Shown here piece after piece: positions 1 to 8,241 of a stretch of 32,000 nt of DNA. A program made the position numbers and the translations under genes. Origin of the DNA: Paramicrosporidium saccamoebae KSL3 (lineage: Eukaryota; Fungi; Cryptomycota); NCBI GenBank assembly GCA_002794465.1, contig MTSL01000200.1, positions 1-32,000 of the forward strand. Reading direction: 5' to 3'. Numbering within the stretch: position 1 is the stretch's first letter; the number at the start of each line of letters is the position of its first letter. The notes beneath the pieces were generated by a model. It saw only the letters and a list, made by a program, of their open reading frames with translations, was not told where the DNA came from and searched no databases.

Positions 1-114
1 GAGTCAGAGCCGAGGAATGAAAAGATTGGCTCCCAATGTTTAAGTATATCGAAACCGTGGTAAAACTCTCACCATGAAACAATACTATCACATCATTTTT
101 ACTTGTGTAGTAAA

Positions 115-3100
115 TTATATTTTGGATTTGGCATTGGTGGACAGTGCCTTGAGGACACGATCAAGTTTCATTGCCAACATCATATCTCCACGAACTTGGA
201 CCTTTCCCTTCATAAATGCCTGCTGCCCAGTAATCTTGCCAGCAGCAAGCTCGGCAAAGTCGCCATCCTTTACAATGATGGTGATATCGGGCCGCACCGC
301 TTTTCCTTTTCCAATCTTTCCAGGCGAATTCTTTAAGTCAATAAAGTAGGAGGTCGTCTCATTTCCCTCCTTAATGTCAAATTGGAACAGGCCATTGACT
401 TTTTTGACTTGATCCTCTTTCATTGCCGATGGAAGAGATGTGTAAACCTTTTCATATTGCGAAAATAATGCTGCAGCCTTTGACCCAGTAGCAACCGACT
501 GGGGGGCATTGGGGTACAGTTCCACAAACGCGTTTCCAATAACAATGTCATCTCGTTCCAGCACGCGAACTTGGAATGCAATCCGAGTTGGAGAAATTTT
601 CCACATTTCGGTCTGGATAGTTTCACCAGGAAACACGTGCTTTGTGAAGCGTGCTTTGATTGCCTTGAACAGGCCAGGATTATCGTCGGCAAACGCCTTG
701 AGAACATGCTGAGCGGCATGTCCGTATGAGCACAAGCCATGAAGAATTGGTTTGGAGAATCCACCCATTTGAGCAAACGCATCATCCACATGCAGTGGAT
801 TATAGTCCCCGCTGAGCCGGTAAATAGCAGCTTGATTATTGGGAATCTTTTGCTTAATCACCTTGTCTGGTTGTCTATCAGGTATGTTTGGAGTCTCCAT
901 AGACAGCTTTTGTCGCTCCCCAGAATTATTGACAGTCTTTTTCGGAGTGGCATTCCTCAGAAAGATAGTGCCCTCATTAATAGTCAGCAGGTCCCCTTGT
1001 TCGTCAAATGTCTTTAGCTGAAGCACCACAATACAGCCTTTTCCCTTTGGCAACACTTGGAGGACATTTCGCTCGGATCGGAGTTTTCCTTGAACTGGCA
1101 ATGGCTTGATCACCTCGAGGTAATGCTCGCCATGAAGAAGCATGGCAGGATTATATCCATTTGCATATTCCTCCATTTTAGTATCCATCATAATGACAAA
1201 GGCGGGGATGACGCCAAAAGTGGGGATTGCCGCAAACTCAGAGCTACCTTCATATACATATTTGAGTTCCTTCTCAGAGCATCCCACTCCCAAGTTGTAG
1301 AGCATCACATCTCTCTTGGTAAATTCAAAGGAGCTCCCACTACCAGCTGATTTTGAAGCTTTTCCCCCCGATGCCAGCATGGCAACAATGGAGGAAAATG
1401 ACTCTTGAGCATTTTTCGGATAGTCAACCTTTCCATCAAAGCTGTTAAACTTTGTCCAGTTGGCGGCAACGTCTTCCACCGAAACCGCACGACTAGTATC
1501 CAAGCGGTATCCGCCGCTCCTTTGCCAGTGAACCTGGGCAAACCATCCAGATCCAACCTCGAATACTGACCCGCAATGCTGATTGCTTTCGTGGCCCAAA
1601 AATCCCACCAGAGGAGCAACATAGTCGGGCTTGAGCATGTCCACAACTTCTTGGGGTAAAATTGTGGCAGTCATGGCAGTTCCTGCATTTGGTGCAATCA
1701 CATTGACAAGAATATTATTCCTCTTGCCTTCCTGAGCAAGACTGGTACTAAGGCCAAGGATGCCTGCCTTTGCCGTACTGTAATTTGCCTGGCCAAAGTT
1801 ACCATAGAGACCAACAGCCGATGAAGTATTAATGATCCGGCCGTAATTCTGCTTCATCATATGGGGCCAGGCTGCTTTGGTAATTTTGTATGTCCCGTAA
1901 ATGTGCACCTTGTACACTAGCTCCCAGTCTTGATCGCTCATCTTGGCGAATGACTTGTCACGCAAGATTCCAGCGTTATTGACAATCACGTCAATTCGGC
2001 CGTATTTTTTGATGATGCTTTCAATAATAGCCTCTCCATTCTCCACTGAATCGTAGTTGGCAAAGGCTTCACCCCCATGAGACTTGATTTCTTTGACTAC
2101 CAGGTCAGCCAACATGATTCCCTCTCTGTTCTTTCCCAGATCATTCACAACCACCTTGGCTCCAAGTTTCCCAAACATTAGCGCGTAGCCTTTTCCCAGC
2201 CCGCCTCCCGCACCCGTAATCAATACAACTCGGCCGTCAAACTTGAGCGGAGAAGACTCTTGATTCGGTCCCAAGGTTTTTGATTTTTTGGCCAACCCTA
2301 CCCAGTCGACGTCAGCCATTGATTTGGGATATTGTGAATTTGAGAAGGAGGTGGCTCGGCCAAGAGCATTAGCAATAGCTGCGGGGGTAAATGTGCGATC
2401 GTCTACCTTGAGGAGTGCACCAGGAGACCTCTCCCACCGCACTTTGCACGCAAACCCAGCTCCCACTTCGTATATAGAACCATTCTCTGTTGATGACTCG
2501 TGGCAGAGGAAGCCTACAAAAGGTGCCACATACTCGGGCTTTAGCTTTTCAATCAGATCCGCCGGCAAGACAGTCTCGGTGATTCTAGAGCCGGCCACTG
2601 GAGCAATAATGTTGCAATAAATATTCTTCTTGGCACCTTCCCGGGCCAACGTCTGTCCAAATCCCGCGAGCGCCATCTTTGCCGACCCATAATTAGTCTG
2701 ACCGTAATTTCCATATAGCCCGGCAGCTGACGCAGTCATGATGATGCGCCCGTACTTTTGCTTCTGAAACACATCCCACGCTGCCTTGGTGACTTTGTAG
2801 GCTCCATGGACATGCACTTTGTACACTAAATCCCAGTCCTGATCGCTCATCTTTACAAACGACTTGTCGCGCAGAATTCTAACATTAGACCCAAGTAAGG
2901 ATGTACCCTGCATTATTGACTAAAATGTCAAGCCGACCAAAGTCACGAATCGCCTGCTCGACGATACGGTCTCCATCTTCTACAGAATCGTAGTTGGGCA
3001 CGGCCTTGCCGCCAGCATCAGTAATCTCCTTGACAACAATGTCGGCAGCGCGGTGTGAAGCGCCCTCCCCGGAACGAGAGCCTCCCAAATCGTTGACAAC

Positions 3101-3237
3101 AACAGCGCAGCCACGCGACGCAAGCAGCAAAGCATAGGCCTTCCCAAGTCCTACTCATCTACTTAAAGTCTATTAGACATACCTCCGCCAGCACCGGTCA
3201 CGATGGCCACTCGTCCATTGAATCGGAGTTTGTCCAT
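115..3237 (-). CDS. FOX2: Peroxisomal multifunctional beta-oxidation enzyme (2x SDR dehydrogenase + hydratase-2 + SCP2), about 1020 aa; exons 3183-3237, 2907-3150, 115-2878
   Basis: Spliced N-terminus [29 protein letters not shown]. Two TGxGxGxG...NNAGILRD...YxxxK SDR domains, hydratase-2 motif [12 protein letters not shown]-terminal SCP2 domain (FQFDI...DITI...QQAFMKGK), PTS1-like SKI end. GT-AG introns of 32 nt (3151-3182) and 28 nt (2879-2906) join the frames exactly. Confidence 0.95.
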
Positions 3238-3585
3238 GCTTAATAACAAGGTTAGCGGATTAATGCGGACTTAATCAATTTCGTGTTTATTAAATTTATA
3301 TGTAGGTACGAGAGTGCGGGGACGCGGGAGTGCGGAAATATGAGTAGATTTGCATGTGGTATAAGGACTCTTCTACCTATATTCGGGAACTATTACCGCA
3401 CTAGCAATTGTCATCCCACTACTTTACAGATCAAAAGCCCCAATAAAGGGTCTTTATTACAGACACTAATTAAGCCAGACATCAGGCGTCAGAATCATCT
3501 AATCGGCTTCATCCCACCCCATCATTATCACACTGGACGAGTTGGTAAATGCATTCCGCGTTTATTAAACTTATGTATGGAGAAC

Positions 3586-4723
3586 TTAGGCAGGGGTACG
3601 AGAGGTAACTTGCCAGACGCGAATCTTGCCGTCAGTGTATCCAGAGAACAGGGTGGAACCATCAGCCGACCAGGCAAGGGACACACAGTGGGGAGTCTTT
3701 CCACTCTTGACAACGGGGAACTCGGGGCGGAGATCATCAACAATGGTCTTGCTGAGGAGATCCCAGATCTTGATCGAGGTCTCAGTGGCAGCGCAGAGCC
3801 AGTAGCGGTTGGGGCTGAAGATGAGGGTGTGGATGATATCACCGGCCTCCAGAGAGTAGAGATGCTTGGGGTCATTGAGATCCCAGAGCATGACAGTGCC
3901 GTCCTTGCCACCAGAGGCGCAGAGGGTTCCATCGGGGGAGACACCAACAGTGTTGACGTATCCAGCATGGCCAATGTGATTGACGCTCAACGTGGGGTAC
4001 TCAGTCTTCAAGTCCCAGACCTTGACCATCTTGTCCCAACCGCAGGACACAACGAGCGGGTGCTCAGTGTCGGGGGAGAAACGGACAGCCGAGACCCACT
4101 CGGTATGGCCGAGGTTGGTGCGACCGGGTCCAGTGACGGCAAAATCGCCCCTCAAGTCTCCACGGGTGTTCCAGACCTTGATGGTCTTGTCGCGGGAGCC
4201 AGAGACGATCAGACGGTTGTCGGGCGAGAAGGCAGCGGACATGACGTCGTTGGTGTGACCAATGAAGGTGGCCTCGGTCTTGCCGGTGGCCAAGTTCCAG
4301 AGACGCATAGTCTTATCCCAAGAACAGGTGAGGGCGAAACGTCCATCATGGGACAAGCTGACATCACTGACAAAGTGGTTGTGGCCACGGAGAGACTTTT
4401 TGGCGATACCATAGTTCTCGCGATTGGCAGGGAGGTCCCAAACGATAGCCGACTTGTCTAAAACATTGATTAGCACCAGTTTTGCGATTCAAAATGGGGA
4501 AAAGGCATAGCGCCTTGATGGATGGATGGCTGGCCCCCGGGTGCATACCCCACCAGTCATTATCCATCCATTAAAGAAAGTAGAATCGATACGTACCGCG
4601 CGAGGCAGAGACGATAAAGTTCTTGGTCGCGTCAGCGGGCGCGGCAATGGAGGTGACAGCGTCCTTGTGACCCTCGAGGGTGGCACACAAGACAACCTGA
4701 ACGTTCGTGGCTGAAGAGTCCAT
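3586..4723 (-). CDS. ASC1: RACK1/Asc1 WD40 40S ribosomal protein, 332 aa; exons 4597-4723, 3586-4457
   Basis: Spliced N-terminus [27 protein letters not shown]...IVSASR|DKSAIVW, then hallmark RACK1 repeats ([37 protein letters not shown]). Confidence 0.95.
4458..4596 (-). other. 139-nt spliceosomal intron of RACK1 with long internal hairpin
   Basis: GTACGT donor and CTAATCAATGTTTTAG branch/acceptor. Removal restores the SR|D codon. Inverted repeat ATGGATGG(AT)...(AT)CCATCCAT with inner CTGGT/GCCAG and GGGT/ACCC stems at 4518-4571. Confidence 0.9.
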
Positions 4724-4847
4724 AACGGCTTCGAGGGGGTGACCAGGGAGGGGGTCCTATTAATTGACATGCTGAATGCGGGTCACTAGTCAAATATATT
4801 TATAAACTCCTGTGCATCGATGGGCGGTGAACATTCCAGTCCTGTAA

Positions 4848-5115
4848 CTAATTCTTCTTGGTAAAAAGCTCAGCAGCCTCTAAAACGACGTGAGTCCGGA
4901 AACATTTATGGTACTGACTTCACCCTGCTTGCCCTCGGACCATTTGGCGGACTTTAAGCCCATTTCTCCTCGCTTTATAGCTGCCGTACGATGTGGTTCT
5001 TTCAGAGCATGTCGCACCAGTCTAGAGCACATCTCTAAATATTGCACGTACCTAGTGGTGAGTGTGCAGAAATGGATTACGACAGTCCTGCGTTACGCCA
5101 AGCCGCAGACGACAT
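4848..5115 (-). CDS. ATP15: Mitochondrial F1 ATP synthase epsilon subunit, 67 aa; exons 5081-5115, 4915-5051, 4848-4879 (absent from ORF track)
   Basis: Spliced product MSSAAWRNAGLSYVQYLEMCSRLVRHALKEPHRTAAIKRGEMGLKSAKWSEGKQGEVKAAELFTKKN matches the epsilon family signature WRxAGLSYxxY...VRxALK. Introns are 29 nt (5052-5080) and 35 nt (4880-4914); the second is less certain. Confidence 0.87.
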
Positions 5116-5135
5116 TATAATCGACAGTTAACGAT

Positions 5136-6165
5136 TTAATGCATTAAAAGCCCTTTGTGATCCGGTAGAACCGGAATGATCTTTCCGGAGCTCAGTCCTA
5201 GTTGTGCAGTGGCTGCTTCCAGGTCCTGAAGTAGCGTCGGCTTGCACTGTGATTTTCTGTAAATTGCAAGCACAGACGGCCCGGAACCAGAGATGCAGAA
5301 GCCAACTAATCCAGAAAAGTTCTCAATGGGCAAGGACAGGAATAGCTTCGTATCTGGGACCTTTATAGCGGTTATATAAATGCGATGATGGTACGAGTTC
5401 GGTTCTGAAGGGCTGATGTAATTCATCCCGAAGACAACAGGACAATAGCTCAAAGTTCTTTGATAGTAAACAAGCGATTAGTCCGGCAACTCTGGAAATG
5501 CTTCGGACCTACAGTCATGAATGCTCAAGAATGCATACTGCGGGGGCTCGATCATACGAGTGGGGAAGGATACTTCTTGCGCTTTGTGTCGAGAGCTCAC
5601 ACTCTGGGATCCACATCAGCAAGCCCAATTCGTCTGGCCAGGGAAATGAGATCCGGCTCGGCACTTCTGGACCATCGGAGACAATAATGTTAAATCCACC
5701 AAACAGTGCTGGGGCCGTATTGTCGTAATGACCATCGATTATAGAGGCGTATTTGAGAAGGGCATCTTTGGAAAGTGAAATTCCGATCAGTTTGGCACCG
5801 AGAGCTATGCCGGCCACAGCGGCAGCCGCTGATGAGCCTAATCCCTTCCCGATAGGAATATCATTTTCGACGTCAATGTTTAGCGACTGCCCAGGCTGTA
5901 GGAGTGGCTTTTTGTGCAACTGTGTATATTTCTCGGCAATCTTAATGATTGGATTTTCGTGGTTCAATGGAATTCGCTGAGGGAGCGTCCCGTAAACATC
6001 ACGCAATATAATGCCACCCGGCTCTGGGAACAACTGACACTTAAGCACCAACTTTAGCGAGATTGCCAGACCAAGACAGTCAAATCCTGGCCCAATATTT
6101 GCCGATGAGGCAGGAACGGAGATGACAAATGGCGTGATGTTGATTGTTTCTCCAACGCCACTCAT
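5136..6165 (-). CDS. THR1: Homoserine kinase (GHMP family), about 321 aa; exons 5539-6165, 5395-5508, 5136-5360
   Basis: Motifs VPASSANIGPGFD, IPIGKGLGSSAAA, DGHYDN, DELHQPFR and ISGSGPS. Introns of 30 nt (5509-5538) and 34 nt (5361-5394). First ATG is at 6165; the ORF track starts at a GTG. Confidence 0.92.
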
Positions 6166-6200
6166 AACACTTTCCCGCACAACCAGGGGTATACGTAGTC

Positions 6201-6743
6201 ATGACCAACCCAAGACAACGCCGTAAGACCAGAAATCCCAACAGCAAGGTTTCTCGGAAACCCAAAGTGGTCAAAGAAACATATACTGTCGACCCGACTC
6301 TACAAAGACACTGGGATAAGAGCAAGACCCTGGAACAGAATTTTCGACGTGTCGGCCTCAGCAACCGCATCAACGGCGATATCGGGAAGCGAGCGACTCA
6401 GCGGAAGATGGAGGACTGGAACTGGAAGAGACGAGAAATGGTGGTGGGTGGCGAGCTCAAAGGTTTTGATTCAGAAGAGGAGATATTTCAAGAGCTGGAG
6501 GGGATTTTTCGCAAAGAGAGTGCCGAGCCTACGCAGGCAGTGCTAGATTTAGAGACAAAGGCCCAAGAGCTAGCTCTGAAGGTTGTTCCCCATGAAAGAA
6601 TTTTGTCTGAATATGAACGGTCGTATATATCTAACCTCACTTCCAAATATGGAAGTAATTATGACCGGATGTTTATGGATATTAAGCTTAATGTACGCCA
6701 GCTCACGGCTAACCAGCTGCAGAGAATGGCCGAAAAATTATAA
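6201..6743 (+). CDS. NOP16: Nucleolar ribosome biogenesis protein Nop16, 180 aa
   Basis: Basic N-terminus MTNPRQRRK, WDKSKTLEQNF..VGL, and C-terminal KYGSNY..MFMD.KLN..Q.T..QL pattern recalled for the Nop16 family. Confidence 0.8.
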   Translation: MTNPRQRRKTRNPNSKVSRKPKVVKETYTVDPTLQRHWDKSKTLEQNFRRVGLSNRINGDIGKRATQRKMEDWNWKRREMVVGGELKGFDSEEEIFQELEGIFRKESAEPTQAVLDLETKAQELALKVVPHERILSEYERSYISNLTSKYGSNYDRMFMDIKLNVRQLTANQLQRMAEKL

Positions 6744-6765
6744 GTTTAGCGATTTGCAAAATAAA

Positions 6766-7619
6766 TTATTGTGTAGAGGCATAGCGGGCGATATCCAGGA
6801 TGTTTGAAATGAAACGTGCCGGTAGACGGGGATCGGCCATTTGTTGCTGGGAATGGACAAGCTCGACCTCTAGCTCGTGCAGCGTTCTACTTCCTCCTGA
6901 TGCCTGTTGTAGTTAGACTCACCGCCTGATCTGTATGTACCTCTTGTTGCCGAACCTGGGTGAGGTCGACTTTGACAAAATTGTCAAACACGTACGATAT
7001 GCGGTCCTTTCTTCTCTCTGATTGTTTCATCCAGTCAACGATCTGCGCTTCCTCCGTTATCGGCATCTTTGTCTCAGTGTTGATTGAGACACGAATGTCA
7101 AGTGGAGAGGCGGGGCAGTGGATGGGGAGGTCTGCGACCTTTCTCTTCTCCATCACTTCGAGAATGCGGCCTTGCTGATCCCTGGAAACGCGGACCTTTT
7201 TTCGAGCGGGTGTCGTGTATACAGTGTCCACTGACTTGTCATGCCTATAGGTCCAATGTGCTGTCTATGCAATGAGGATATTATGGGATTCTACATTTCC
7301 AGAAACGCGCTTGTTCAGTAATCCGTTGAAAAAACGGTGCTGCTCAATAGACAAGTCGGACTCGAAACGATGCCAATCTCCACCTCTCAAGACTAGAGAC
7401 TCAATCACCACGAAACTTTGTACCGCAAGTGTTGAGCACGGGCAACGACACGCGTTCATTTGTGCCTCGATCGATGCATGTGCCAAATTTCGCCTCCACC
7501 TCGTAATTTAACCCTTCGTCAATGATGAACCGCTCAAGAAATGACTGAATGTGTCCCTGAATCTCATCCAGCTCATTCACAACCACGGCCGCCCCAAAGA
7601 GTGTCTCCTCCAATGGCAT
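6766..7619 (-). CDS. CET1: mRNA 5'-triphosphatase (Cet1, triphosphate tunnel/CYTH type), about 251 aa; exons 7424-7619, 7295-7392, 6941-7264, 6766-6903
   Basis: Motif A EVEAKFG, RFES, KVRVS, DIRVSINTE, RRKDRISY, VDLTQV and motif C HELEVEL. Introns of 31, 30 and 37 nt restore a single frame. Confidence 0.86.
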
Positions 7620-7711
7620 TAAAGATATTTAAATCGATTTACCGTTGAGTGAGAGAATAAAGAGTCTGTCGAATAACGAGGATAGGTTTTTATTAAAGCG
7701 CGTGGTACCTT

Positions 7712-7947
7712 TGTCGCGTAGTGAGGATGGTACCACGGACTCTGTCAGGCGGAAAGAGACGAGATGGAACGAGAAGAGAACTTATTCAGCTAATCCAACG
7801 ACCCTTTTATAGTCTCACAAATAACGTAGTAGTCCTAAAATGATATAGATCTCATTATCCTTCATCGATTGTCCCGATTACCTCTTCTCCAAACTAGGGA
7901 ACTATCCTTAAATATCCAACTAATCGATCCTCTACCTCTACGTCACA
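7712..7947 (-). mobile_element. Solo-LTR-like element, copy 1 (236 bp), 4-bp TSD CCTT
   Basis: TGT...ACA ends with imperfect 10-bp terminal inverted repeat (TGTcgCGTAG / TGTgaCGTAG). Flanked by CCTT on both sides (7708-7711, 7948-7951). About 90% identical to the inverted copy at 22883-23084. Confidence 0.8.
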
Positions 7948-8241
7948 CCTTTATAGACCGTCATCCTCGAAGTGACCGGATTGGTACCGTCAATCATAAG
8001 CGGATACTGCTTAGTAGAGGTTTTATTACTTGTGGATTTATGCATCAGAGAAAAAGGGCCCTTATTTCAAGTACAGCGCTCATGTAGATCCATCGCTCTG
8101 TCACAGACTCTAAGCTCATATGGATTTATCAGTTTCCACTACAAACGCAAAGCTCGTATAGATCCCTCGGTTGTCACTACAGAACAAATATCTCATTGAG
8201 AGTGTATTTACGGATTACGAATCAAAAACATCAATCATATT

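Noticed and set aside
1-63. Possible C-terminus of a neighbouring plus-strand gene (ESEPRNEKIGSQCLSISKPW-stop)
   Set aside because: Too short to support.
3283-4461. 392-aa antisense ORF over RACK1
   Set aside because: It mirrors a highly expressed, codon-biased gene, has no recognisable family and starts at a GTG; best explained as an antisense shadow.
4518-4571. RACK1 intron hairpin as SECIS element, kink-turn or TPP riboswitch
   Set aside because: AUGA is present on the 5' side, but there is no opposing GA, no apical AA, and no TPP aptamer motifs.
4526-4714. 62-aa plus-strand ORF superficially like a small ribosomal protein
   Set aside because: It is the reverse complement of RACK1 exon 1 and part of its intron.
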